From a bacterium (GTDB taxonomy: Bacteria; Patescibacteriota; Minisyncoccia; Moranbacterales; UBA2206), in NCBI GenBank assembly GCA_021785125.1, contig JAJYGF010000012.1, positions 16,612-80,611 on the forward strand: a stretch of DNA of 64,000 nt, given 5' to 3'. Position numbers and translations under genes: made by a program. Of the stretch, positions 1 through 8,898 are shown piece by piece; position 1 is the first letter of the stretch; every line of letters starts with the position of its first letter. Under the pieces are notes generated by a model. That model saw only the letters and a program-made list of their open reading frames with translations, was not told the DNA's origin and ran no database searches.

Positions 1-29
1 TTGACGACGGGAGTCGTTGCTCTTATACT
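1..29 (+). promoter_or_regulatory. Putative sigma70 promoter upstream of the HtrA-like gene
   Basis: TTGACG (1-6), 17-nt spacer, TATACT (24-29). Confidence 0.5.
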
Positions 30-207
30 CTATTATATCCTCTGGGATCTGACCCAAAGTTACTTCTTGAATTTATTGAGCCAGAAAAGAGTGGTTGCGA
101 ATATGGTCTTTTTTTCTGTGTTGGTGGTGTTGGTGCTTCTCAGTGCCAAATGGTTGCCGGTAGTTTAGCTTGTAGGATCATGAGGGGCGAGCAATTATCA
201 AAAGCTT

Positions 208-1398
208 ATGTTGCAACAAACAATTATTAAAAAAATCGCCAAAAAAATTTTATTTTTCGCAGTCATCATTTTGATCGGCGGCTTTGGCGGCATGTTTTGC
301 GATCGCTATCTTTTTCCATATCTTTCCACGACCAAGTGGTTTTCCGGTTATGACTTTCTTAAAAGAGGAGCTGAGGATATCACGGTAATAAACAAGACGG
401 AACAGACGACTGTCAAGGAAGAGGCGTCTATCAATCAAATCGCCGACCAAGTCGCTTCTTCGGTGGTGAGCATAATCTCTTATCCCGATCCGAATTCCAA
501 AAAAATCGCGTTGAGGACGGACGCATCTTCAAATTCGAGTTCGTCCGCCAAAAACGGAACCGGTGTTATCGTTACTGGAGACGGCATGATTATGACGTAT
601 GCAGACGCAATCAATCCGACGGGAGATAAATACAAAGTGATGACCAATGATGGCAATGTCTATGATGCGACTCTCCTTGGAGTGGATTCATATAGCAATC
701 TGGCGTTTTTAAAAATAAATGCCAGTAATTTGCCAGTGGTTTCATTCGGCGATTCTAACAGTGTCAAGGCTGGCGAAAAAGTGATAGCGATGGCTAATGG
801 CTTCGATTCTTATTCCGATCGTTACGCCAGTGGCCTGATCAGCGACTTTGATCCATTGTTCAATCTGGCCGGCTTGTCGGTTTCCAGTTCGGAAAAATTG
901 GAAGGTGTGTTTGAAGCTGATTTGAATTATGAGAAATATTTTGTCGGAGGACCGGTCATTGATTATAACGGCCAGGTCGCGGGCATTGTCGGAACGATTG
1001 AACGGAATAACGTGCAAGACTTCTTTGTGATTCCATCCAATAAACTGAAGTCCGTGATCAATCGGGCCATTGATAATGAATTGAGCAAGAATCCGGTTCT
1101 AGGCGTCTATTATTTGCCAATTACCCAGACCTATGCGATTGAAAATAATTTGAATGTCCAAAATGGGGCTTTGATCTATTCTTCTACCGGCCAACAAGGA
1201 TTGGCCATAATCGCCAATTCGCCGGCGCAAAAGGCGGGACTCAAAATCGGAGATATAATCACGGCGGTCGGGAACGACAAAATCGTGGCCGGACAAAATT
1301 CATTGCCTGATCTTTTATACGGATATAAGCAAGGGGATTCGGTCAATCTTACGATTTTGAGAATCGGACAGCAGATGCAGATCAGCGTGCAATTGTAA
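208..1398 (+). CDS. HtrA/DegP-family trypsin-like domain + PDZ protein, membrane-anchored, catalytic triad apparently lost
   Basis: N-terminal TM helix; GTGVIVTGDG, LAFLKI and GGPV motifs; C-terminal PDZ (SPAQKAGLKIGDII). Triad positions read D, N, V instead of H, D, S. Confidence 0.85.
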   Translation: MLQQTIIKKIAKKILFFAVIILIGGFGGMFCDRYLFPYLSTTKWFSGYDFLKRGAEDITVINKTEQTTVKEEASINQIADQVASSVVSIISYPDPNSKKIALRTDASSNSSSSAKNGTGVIVTGDGMIMTYADAINPTGDKYKVMTNDGNVYDATLLGVDSYSNLAFLKINASNLPVVSFGDSNSVKAGEKVIAMANGFDSYSDRYASGLISDFDPLFNLAGLSVSSSEKLEGVFEADLNYEKYFVGGPVIDYNGQVAGIVGTIERNNVQDFFVIPSNKLKSVINRAIDNELSKNPVLGVYYLPITQTYAIENNLNVQNGALIYSSTGQQGLAIIANSPAQKAGLKIGDIITAVGNDKIVAGQNSLPDLLYGYKQGDSVNLTILRIGQQMQISVQL

Positions 1399-1426
1399 AT
1401 TCAGAAATCCGCAATTTTGTAGTATT

Positions 1427-1459
1427 AAACAAGATACGCTATGGCGTATCTTTTGTTTT
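1427..1459 (+). terminator. Intrinsic terminator
   Basis: AAGATACGC-TATG-GCGTATCTT followed by T-rich tail. Confidence 0.6.
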
Positions 1460-1466
1460 GGCGGGC

Positions 1467-1495
1467 TTGACAATTGCCTTGATTAGTGCTAGACT
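1467..1495 (+). promoter_or_regulatory. Putative sigma70 promoter for the LPATG protein/sortase pair
   Basis: TTGACA, 17 nt, TAGACT. Confidence 0.55.
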
Positions 1496-1536
1496 ACAAT
1501 GTTTTAAAGACAAGGTAACTATTAATTTCAAAATAT

Positions 1537-1944
1537 ATGACAAAAAAAGGCTTAATCAAAGGAATATTTGCCGTATTAGCGTCAATTGCGCTTGTCCTGG
1601 CTGTTTCCAAAGCATCCGCTTGCGACGGTAATTCCTGCAGCACGCAGATTTCTTCGCAGACGTCATCGTCTCAATCGCAAAATCAGACGCAGACCAGCAC
1701 GTCCAATTCGACCAGCTCGGCAGACAGTTCTTCGACCAGTTCCGCCTCCGCCAGTGCTACCGCGGAAGTCAAAGTAAAGGTGAAAGATCATGAAGATCAT
1801 CATGATGATCACAAAAAATCGGAATTTTTCCGCAAGAGATTGCCGGCTACCGGAGACGGATTGGCGGTATTGGCAGTCATGGCAGTCTTGGCCGCTATCA
1901 TATCCTGGATCGGCGTCAAGAAATTTTCCGCGAAAGTAAAATAA
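1537..1944 (+). CDS. Small Ser/Thr/Gln-rich secreted protein with LPXTG-type cell-wall sorting signal
   Basis: Signal peptide; low-complexity S/T/Q tract; His-rich patch; LPATG followed by hydrophobic helix and KKFSAKVK basic tail. Confidence 0.8.
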   Translation: MTKKGLIKGIFAVLASIALVLAVSKASACDGNSCSTQISSQTSSSQSQNQTQTSTSNSTSSADSSSTSSASASATAEVKVKVKDHEDHHDDHKKSEFFRKRLPATGDGLAVLAVMAVLAAIISWIGVKKFSAKVK

Positions 1945-1993
1945 AAAACACGCATCTTGGCATGGTTCATAACCGGATCATAATTTCAAAACA

Positions 1994-2851
1994 ATGTCTA
2001 AATTGCTCGGCACAATCAGAAAATATTCCAAAAAGATCGCGCTTTTTTGCGGGTTGTTCCTTCTGATTTTTGTCGCGTTCTTTTTCATCGCCAACTTGGA
2101 TCTGTCTCCGGCTAAGAAAGCGGCTGATCCGCAAGCCGGATTGGTCAAACCTGACATGAGCAAAGAGCTTGCCGCCAAGTTGGGCTCCACGGGCGTGTAC
2201 ATGGAAAGCTATGCCGATTGGGCCAAACGTTACGGATTGGACAGTAGCAACAATGGATACGATCAGGATCCGGACCATGACGGATTGCCGAATTATTTGG
2301 AATATGTTTATGGCACCAATCCTTTGAAAGCCGATACGGACGGGGACGGCTATTCGGATAAACAGGAAATCATGGCCGGTTACGATCCGAACGATCCAGG
2401 TTCGGATTCGCGGATCGCGGTTGAAGTGATAATTCCGAAAATCAATGTGGATGCGCCGATGGTTTGGTCAAAAAGCCATGATGACAACGCCATGCTGGCC
2501 GATCTTGAGAACGGCCTTAGTCATTATGTGAATACGGCCGCGCCCGGACAAAACGGCAACATGATAATCTCTGGCCATTCCAGCAACTATATCTGGGCCA
2601 AAGGGAATTACAATCACGTCTTCAAAGATCTTAATGATTTGAACAAGGGCGACATTGTGAAAGTGAAAACCGTCCAGGCTGACGGACGAGTCATAATTTA
2701 TCAATACGCGGTGACTGGAAAATATATCGATGCTCCGGATGATCCGAGAATATTCGCCGATTCGTCCGATCCGACTTTGACTTTGTCCACTTGCTGGCCG
2801 CTCGGGACGAATCTAAAGAGGCTGATTGTGAAGGCGGAGATAGTACATTAA
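1994..2851 (+). CDS. Sortase with N-terminal TM anchor and bacterial TSP3-like Ca-binding repeats
   Basis: Catalytic His (ISGHS), Cys (TLSTCWP) and Arg (KRLIV); DPDHDGLPNYLE...DTDGDGYSDKQE repeats. Confidence 0.9.
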   Translation: MSKLLGTIRKYSKKIALFCGLFLLIFVAFFFIANLDLSPAKKAADPQAGLVKPDMSKELAAKLGSTGVYMESYADWAKRYGLDSSNNGYDQDPDHDGLPNYLEYVYGTNPLKADTDGDGYSDKQEIMAGYDPNDPGSDSRIAVEVIIPKINVDAPMVWSKSHDDNAMLADLENGLSHYVNTAAPGQNGNMIISGHSSNYIWAKGNYNHVFKDLNDLNKGDIVKVKTVQADGRVIIYQYAVTGKYIDAPDDPRIFADSSDPTLTLSTCWPLGTNLKRLIVKAEIVH

Positions 2852-2961
2852 TCTTGTTTTGATTCGATGCTCATGGGTTTAAAACAGGAGCATCGTGAAA
2901 AAAGAGATTGATTTGTTTTTTGACAACTAAACTGTTAACTTTTTCACAAAGGAGGTAAGGT

Positions 2962-4230
2962 ATGAAGAGGCTGTTAATAGGATTATTGGTGATATGGATG
3001 GTTTTGTTTTCCGCGAGCTTCGCGCTGGCGGATGGGGGTACGGATATCGATATAAATAATTCGGCTAACGCTAGCGCCAATGCAAGCGCTAGCTCGTCTG
3101 CTAACGCAAACGCATCTGCAAACCAATCGCAGACTCAGAGCCAGACGCAAACCCAGTCGCAGACCGCGACTGGCGGAAATGCGAAGGGCGGCAATGCGGT
3201 TGTGAATGAAGCGCGTCAGACTATGAACGCGCCACCGGCCGGTGCTGTAGGAGGTTTTACGCTTGCAGCGGGAGTGGCGGCGGTGGCAGCAGATATGCCT
3301 CTTTGTGATCCGCTCTATCTGCATACGTATACAGAAAAAGAGGTGGATAGGATGAGCGAGTCATCCGGCGGAGAACGCAGAGGCGGATTCTGGCACCGGC
3401 TTTTTACCAGTACGACGGACGATGCTGGTGATGTTTCGAAATCTCCTTCCAAGGAAATTTCGATCATCTGTCCTGACGAAGTTTGTCAGAACAGCAGGAT
3501 TTTGGGCACGGTAAATCAGGAAGGGCTCTATGGCCAGTCACTTTTTTCGACGACCGGAAAGGCCCTGAAAAGGGCGATGCAAATGGGAGCCGCATATGTT
3601 ATTGAGAGATACAGTGTGCGGGAAGATCCCAAAGCTTCGTCGTCCGCGTTCGGAATAGGCGGATCGATAGCCGGGGCAACAAGCGCCATTACGTTGGGCG
3701 CTAGCTGGGGTTCGACCACGACTTCAATGTATGTCGCGTATGACGTAACATTGGAGATTGTGGACAAAGTTTGCCCGCCACGGATTGAAAATCAAGCTGT
3801 CACACCGCCGGTGTATAGAAATATCACTACGACGGTAAAAGAACCATGTCCGTGCGACAAAAACAAGCTGATCGAGATGATCGATCAGTGTACTCTGGAG
3901 TTGAAAAACTGCCCTAAACTTTCCTTCAATAATTTTTATTGGAGGGAAAGGCGGGGAACAGCGCTTATGCTGCTGTTTAAGTGCGAGGGGAAGTCCGACC
4001 TCAATCTGATTCGGGAAGCTCGGGAGGATTTCCGGCTTGGCGAAAAAGATCATGACCTCGGTCATGACATAAAAGCCAACCAAAAGGTGGCCAGGGCGCT
4101 GGACGATAATCTCCAGTGGAACTGGTCGCTCTGCATCCGGATCTTAGATGGTCCGGACGCGCAGTATACTTTCGCCCGGGCCAGGAAAATGGCAATCGTG
4201 CCCACGGATCTTTCCGAAATCAAAGAATAG
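2962..4230 (+). CDS. Secreted hypothetical protein with low-complexity N-terminus, Cys-rich
   Basis: GGAGG RBS; signal peptide; SANA/QSQT tracts; 422-aa ORF. Confidence 0.75.
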   Translation: MKRLLIGLLVIWMVLFSASFALADGGTDIDINNSANASANASASSSANANASANQSQTQSQTQTQSQTATGGNAKGGNAVVNEARQTMNAPPAGAVGGFTLAAGVAAVAADMPLCDPLYLHTYTEKEVDRMSESSGGERRGGFWHRLFTSTTDDAGDVSKSPSKEISIICPDEVCQNSRILGTVNQEGLYGQSLFSTTGKALKRAMQMGAAYVIERYSVREDPKASSSAFGIGGSIAGATSAITLGASWGSTTTSMYVAYDVTLEIVDKVCPPRIENQAVTPPVYRNITTTVKEPCPCDKNKLIEMIDQCTLELKNCPKLSFNNFYWRERRGTALMLLFKCEGKSDLNLIREAREDFRLGEKDHDLGHDIKANQKVARALDDNLQWNWSLCIRILDGPDAQYTFARARKMAIVPTDLSEIKE

Positions 4231-4240
4231 GGGGTTACCG

Positions 4241-4822
4241 ATGAAAAAGATCACAATCGTTCTGTTTATGGTGCTTGCGCTGGCAGTTCCTGCGGCGCAG
4301 GCATATGAAACCGTTCCATCGGACGCGTCTGCTGACGTTTACCAGCAGCAGCTGGATCAGATCAATGTCCAGCTGAAGGCTGAAAGGGCGGCGCTTCGCG
4401 AGGCAAAAACAAGAAGCGTAAAGATGTACGCCAACACTACGAGTCTGCTGAACGCGCACTTTGCGGATCAGCAGGTCAGGAATGACGAGGCCAACAATGA
4501 CACAAGGCAGATCATTGTCGGCGCGGTCGGCAATGCCAAGAATGAAACCTTGGCAAGGATCGACCGGATGGGAGAAAAGGAGAAGGAGAGAGATGAAGAA
4601 CTAGCATGGGGGCTGAGTTTTCTGTTCGCCTTCATGCTTCTCGGAGGTTGCCTTATCGTCGGTCTCATGTTTTTTACAACGAGGCCGGCCAAGGTGGCGC
4701 GCACATTGCGTCATCCTGAGGTGATGAACGCAGCCGAAGAATTGTTGCTCCCAATAAGGGAACAACTAAGAAGAATAGCTGAACATCTAAACATCCCGCC
4801 GGAGTCGGACGGTGGGTCATAA
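4241..4822 (+). CDS. Hypothetical protein with signal peptide, coiled coil and C-proximal TM helix
   Basis: ATG at 4241 after a GGGG tract, just past the upstream stop; MKKITIVLF signal peptide; TM LAWGLSFLFAFMLLGGCLIVGLMFF. Confidence 0.7.
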   Translation: MKKITIVLFMVLALAVPAAQAYETVPSDASADVYQQQLDQINVQLKAERAALREAKTRSVKMYANTTSLLNAHFADQQVRNDEANNDTRQIIVGAVGNAKNETLARIDRMGEKEKERDEELAWGLSFLFAFMLLGGCLIVGLMFFTTRPAKVARTLRHPEVMNAAEELLLPIREQLRRIAEHLNIPPESDGGS

Positions 4823-4832
4823 GCTATTTCGA

Positions 4833-4859
4833 GGAGCCTGGGTCAAAGACCCAGGCTCC
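4833..4859. repeat. Perfect 12-bp hairpin downstream of the 4241-4822 gene
   Basis: GGAGCCTGGGTC-AAA-GACCCAGGCTCC. Confidence 0.75.
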
Positions 4860-4883
4860 CCCAAGATTCTCCGAATGGAGATC

Positions 4884-4921
4884 AAACAAGACAGCGTCAA
4901 TGCACGCTGTTTTTTTGTTTT
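4884..4921 (+). terminator. Intrinsic terminator
   Basis: ACAGCGT-CAATGC-ACGCTGT followed by a T run. Confidence 0.65.
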
Positions 4922-4969
4922 CTTGACTTTTTGAAATATTTGGTGCTAAGCTATCATATTAAAATAATT

Positions 4970-6007
4970 ATGGGCATTTTCATAAAAAACCTGTTCAAAT
5001 CGAAGCTTTTCCTGGCCGCATTTGTCCTTGTTTTCGCGGCGGCCTTTTTGACGGGTGTCGTTTCGCAAAAAGGCTTTGAGGCCGAAACCGAGGTCATGGC
5101 CGTCCCGAAAAGCCTCGCTGTGTCTCAAAATATGGGCCGGATCATGGGTGACATGAATCGGATCATGCATTCGCTTTCTTTCTATGACGACGTCTTGGGC
5201 CAGACTGGTCTGGCCGATCCGGCCACCGGGCTTCCGGATGTCCAACGTAAGAATTATTGGAATTCGGTTTTGCATACGCGGGAAGAGAATAACAGCGATA
5301 TCATCCTGATCAAATATTTCTCGCCTGACGGCTTGCGGGCCAAAAACATTTCCTTGCAATCAGCCAGGAGCCTTGCCTATGAAATGAGCCGGTCGTATAA
5401 CATCAAGACCGAGCTGGATGTCCGGATCATCGACGGGCCGATCGTTTATGATTCATACGGCAATTTGAATTTCTGGCAGCTGTCTTTGCGAAGCTTGATT
5501 TTGGGACTGGCCGGAGGTCTGTTGGCGATGATCCTGGCATTCATTTATGAAAAATTCTCGGTGGCATATGAATCAGGACGCTTGATGCATGGATGGAAAA
5601 AAGAAGAAAAAAAGAAGAAAAAAAGATCGGTCCATGATGACTCTTTGTTCAAGGAGACACCCAGAACTTTTACGGAAGATGTGGAATATGTCTTTCCCTC
5701 GTCGAAAGAAGAGCCGTTAAAGAATGAGCCGGAAGAAAAGATCGGAAAGATTTCGGAAGAAGAGACTGAAGAAAAGATCAGGGAAAAGAATATCAATCAT
5801 CACAAGAAAGCTGGCGCTCCGTCGAATCTGCCGATTGCCGAAGAAGATATGGCGACACTTTTCAAAGAGATGGAAAAATCCGTTCCGGAACCGAAAGAAA
5901 AAACGGAAGGAAAGCCTATCGGGAAAAATGTCGTGCATCGTGAGCCGACCGAGGATGAAATCAGGGAACGATTAAACAAGCTTTTGGGCGGCGGAATGCT
6001 TAAATAA
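4970..6007 (+). CDS. Wzz/CpsC-like two-TM membrane protein with long charged C-terminal tail
   Basis: Two TM segments flanking an extracytoplasmic domain; lies upstream of rml genes; start uncertain (4931 or 4970). Confidence 0.55.
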   Translation: MGIFIKNLFKSKLFLAAFVLVFAAAFLTGVVSQKGFEAETEVMAVPKSLAVSQNMGRIMGDMNRIMHSLSFYDDVLGQTGLADPATGLPDVQRKNYWNSVLHTREENNSDIILIKYFSPDGLRAKNISLQSARSLAYEMSRSYNIKTELDVRIIDGPIVYDSYGNLNFWQLSLRSLILGLAGGLLAMILAFIYEKFSVAYESGRLMHGWKKEEKKKKKRSVHDDSLFKETPRTFTEDVEYVFPSSKEEPLKNEPEEKIGKISEEETEEKIREKNINHHKKAGAPSNLPIAEEDMATLFKEMEKSVPEPKEKTEGKPIGKNVVHREPTEDEIRERLNKLLGGGMLK

Positions 6008-6070
6008 AGACTTTACGGGGCGGATTATTCCGCTCTTTTATTTTGGTTTAAAGTATAGTATTATGGTTAC

Positions 6071-6616
6071 ATGGAATTCGAGAAAACGACCCTAAAAGAT
6101 GCATATTTGATCAGACCCCAAGTCTTCACTGATGAGCGGGGATTTTTTATGGAGACCTATTCCGAGAAGAAATTCAAGGAGGCGGGAATCGATACCGATT
6201 TCGTGCAAGACAATCATGCGATGTCTGTGACCAAGGGGGTTTTGCGCGGTTTGCATTTCCAGAATCCGCCGCATGCGCAAGCCAAACTGGTACGCGTAGT
6301 AAAAGGCGCTGTTTATGATGTCATCGTAGATCTGCGCAAGAATTCGCCGACATATGGCAAATGGGAGGGTTTTGAATTGACGTCAGAAAATAAATATATG
6401 CTTTTTGTGCCGCGCGGTTTTGCGCATGGCTATGTGACACTCAAGGATTACACTGAATTTCAATATAAGTGCGATAATTTTTATGCGCCAGAAAGCGACA
6501 GCGGAATCATGTGGAATGATCCGGATCTGAAAATTTATTGGCCGATTGAGAATCCGATCTTGTCGAAAAAAGATCAAAAACAACAAAGTTTTAAAGATTT
6601 TAATTCACCTTTTTAA
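6071..6616 (+). CDS. rmlC: dTDP-4-dehydrorhamnose 3,5-epimerase
   Basis: DERGFF, VQDNH, GVLRGLHFQ, GFAHG motifs. Confidence 0.97.
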   Translation: MEFEKTTLKDAYLIRPQVFTDERGFFMETYSEKKFKEAGIDTDFVQDNHAMSVTKGVLRGLHFQNPPHAQAKLVRVVKGAVYDVIVDLRKNSPTYGKWEGFELTSENKYMLFVPRGFAHGYVTLKDYTEFQYKCDNFYAPESDSGIMWNDPDLKIYWPIENPILSKKDQKQQSFKDFNSPF

Positions 6617-6661
6617 TATTCTGACATTCTGCAGAAAGCCAGAATGTTTATTATTTTTTTT

Positions 6662-7666
6662 ATGAAAATATTAGTTACGGGAGGGGCGGGATTCATTGGA
6701 AGTAATTTTATCCATTATTGGTTGAAAAATAATCCTGAAGACCGGATCGTTAATTTGGATTTTTTGACCTATGCCGGCAATCTGGAAAATCTGAAGGATT
6801 TGGAAGGCAATCCGAATTATGAATTCGTGAAAGTGGATATTGCGGATAAAAAATTGGTGGATGATTTGGTCAAAGGCGTGGATATGATCGTGCACTTTGC
6901 GGCCGAATCGCATGTCGATCGTTCTATTTTGAACTCCGAAGATTTTATCAAGACCAACGTCATGGGAACGCAGAATCTTCTGGAAGCGGCAAGAAATAAT
7001 GGCAATAAAAGATTCCATCATATTTCCACCGATGAAGTTTTCGGCGCGCTTTCGATGGATGATCCGAAATTCAATGAAAAGACTCCATATGATCCGCGAA
7101 GTCCATACAGTGCGTCAAAAGCGGCATCGGACCATCTGGTGCGGGCCTATTTCCATACGCACAACTTGCCGATCACAATTTCCAATTGCTCCAATAATTA
7201 TGGTCCGTATCAATTTCCGGAAAAGCTCATCCCGCTTTTTGTGACCAATCTGATCGAAGGCAAGAAAGTGCCGGTCTATGGCAAGGGTGAAAATGTGCGC
7301 GACTGGATCCATGTGGACGATCACAATGCTGGCGTGGAAGCGATCATCAAAAAAGGCAAGATTGGCGAAACGTATTGTCTGGGCGGAGGAAATGAACGAA
7401 GCAATATGCAGATTACAAAATCAATCTTGGGCGCGATGGGAGCTGGCGAAGATATGATTGAATATGTGGCTGACAGAAAAGGCCATGACCTGCGCTATTC
7501 GATCGATTATGGAAAGGCCAAAGATGAATTGGGCTGGGAGCCGAAAATCAGTTTCGAACAAGGCTTGCAAGATACGATCGAATGGTACAAGAATAATCAG
7601 GAATGGTGGAGGAATATTAAAAATGGAGAATATCAAGAATATTATAATAAACAATACAGCAATTAA
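6662..7666 (+). CDS. rmlB: dTDP-glucose 4,6-dehydratase
   Basis: VTGGAGFIGSNF, HFAAESHVDRSI, STDEV, YSASK, NNYGPYQFPEK. Confidence 0.97.
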   Translation: MKILVTGGAGFIGSNFIHYWLKNNPEDRIVNLDFLTYAGNLENLKDLEGNPNYEFVKVDIADKKLVDDLVKGVDMIVHFAAESHVDRSILNSEDFIKTNVMGTQNLLEAARNNGNKRFHHISTDEVFGALSMDDPKFNEKTPYDPRSPYSASKAASDHLVRAYFHTHNLPITISNCSNNYGPYQFPEKLIPLFVTNLIEGKKVPVYGKGENVRDWIHVDDHNAGVEAIIKKGKIGETYCLGGGNERSNMQITKSILGAMGAGEDMIEYVADRKGHDLRYSIDYGKAKDELGWEPKISFEQGLQDTIEWYKNNQEWWRNIKNGEYQEYYNKQYSN

Positions 7667-7699
7667 TTTTTAAATTTTTGAATTTTTAATCTGTTTTAG

Positions 7700-8221
7700 G
7701 GTCTAATTCCTCGCGGCTTGCCGCGAGAGTATAATGGATGCATGAGCATCTATATACACAAAAGACATAATGTTACTGTTTTGATCTATCATCTCGTCTG
7801 TCCAACCAAATACCGCAAGATCGTGGTGACTGAACCGGTGGACAATCTGATCAAGGAAACATGCATCGAAATCTCAAAAAGATTCCAAATGCACTTTCTC
7901 GAAATCGGAACTGACAACGACCATGTGCACTTTCTCATTCAATCCGTACCAATGATGCTTCCGACAAAGATTGTTCGCGTTGTAAAAAGTATTACGGCAC
8001 GAGAAATCTTTGCCCGAATACCAGAGGTTAAAAAACAGCTGTGGGGCGGAGAGTTTTGGTCAGATGGCTACTATATGTCAACTGTAAGCAAAAACGGTAC
8101 AGAAACAGCCATCCAACAATACGTAAAAAACCAAGGTATCCAACAGGAGTACAAAGCTTTCCATAAGGATCAACTAAAACTCCCGCTGTGATACCTCGCG
8201 GCTTGCCGCGGGGTAATTCAT
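7700..8221 (+). mobile_element. IS200/IS605-family element, TnpA-only (IS200 type); ends approximate
   Basis: Near-identical subterminal hairpins CCTCGCGGCTTGCCGCG at 7709-7727 and 8192-8215 flank a Y1 transposase; TTCAT follows the right hairpin. Confidence 0.88.
7742..8191 (+). CDS. tnpA: IS200-family Y1 (HUH) transposase
   Basis: YHLVCPTKYR, DHVH (HUH), LWGGEFWSDGYY, IQQYVKNQ (catalytic Tyr). Confidence 0.95.
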   Translation: MSIYIHKRHNVTVLIYHLVCPTKYRKIVVTEPVDNLIKETCIEISKRFQMHFLEIGTDNDHVHFLIQSVPMMLPTKIVRVVKSITAREIFARIPEVKKQLWGGEFWSDGYYMSTVSKNGTETAIQQYVKNQGIQQEYKAFHKDQLKLPL

Positions 8222-8617
8222 TATAATTAAATGTAGCACATCAAAATTCTATCTCCAACTACCACTAGAATGCAAACAAAAATACCCCCAATTGGGTATC
8301 TAAAATTTTGCTTTATTTCCCGGCTAATTTTATTTACGATGCCGCAGTCTGGAGGTGTTTGAGAACAAATAGGCACACGAACTTTACCACAATAAATTGA
8401 GAAGAAACTGGGACTATCCGGCTAAAAAAATAATTAGCTTTTTAAGGTAACTCCATTATACCAATTTTTACAGTTTTTGGAATAGGCAGCTAAAACGAGA
8501 AGCCATTTTCCTTAAGAAAGTCATCGATAAGCCCGCTTATCGGGATGACAGTGCTTTTTTGTGCAATGCCGTAGAATGCACTTCTTTCTACGGCTGTTTT
8601 TGGGGTGTTCATAGAAC

Positions 8618-8648
8618 AAAAAATGCAGCCGAATAGCTGCAGTTTTTG
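8618..8648 (-). terminator. Terminator downstream of the 16S rRNA gene
   Basis: Minus strand TGCAGCT-ATT-CGGCTGCA followed by T6. Confidence 0.65.
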
Positions 8649-8898
8649 TATCCCAATTTTATGCGATTAGTCCCTTATATAAAGCCTATTTGTCATCTGA
8701 GTACAACTCTTGATGAACGACCATATAGATTAATAGGTTATCCCTATTTCACCATAACTCCCTAGAAAGGAGGTGATCCATCCACAGCTTCCGCTACGGA
8801 TGCCTTGTTACGACTTCACCCTTGTTACCGATCCTGCCGTGGTTCCTGCTTTGAAACAGGACCTTCGGGCATTACCGGCTCCCCTGGTGTGACGGGCG

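Noticed and set aside
4148-4240. Upstream extension of the 4241-4822 gene
   Set aside because: Overlaps the previous CDS; the signal peptide starts at ATG 4241
8222-8765. tRNA or 5S gene in the 16S downstream region
   Set aside because: Only short hairpins; no T-loop/cloverleaf or 5S motifs found by eye
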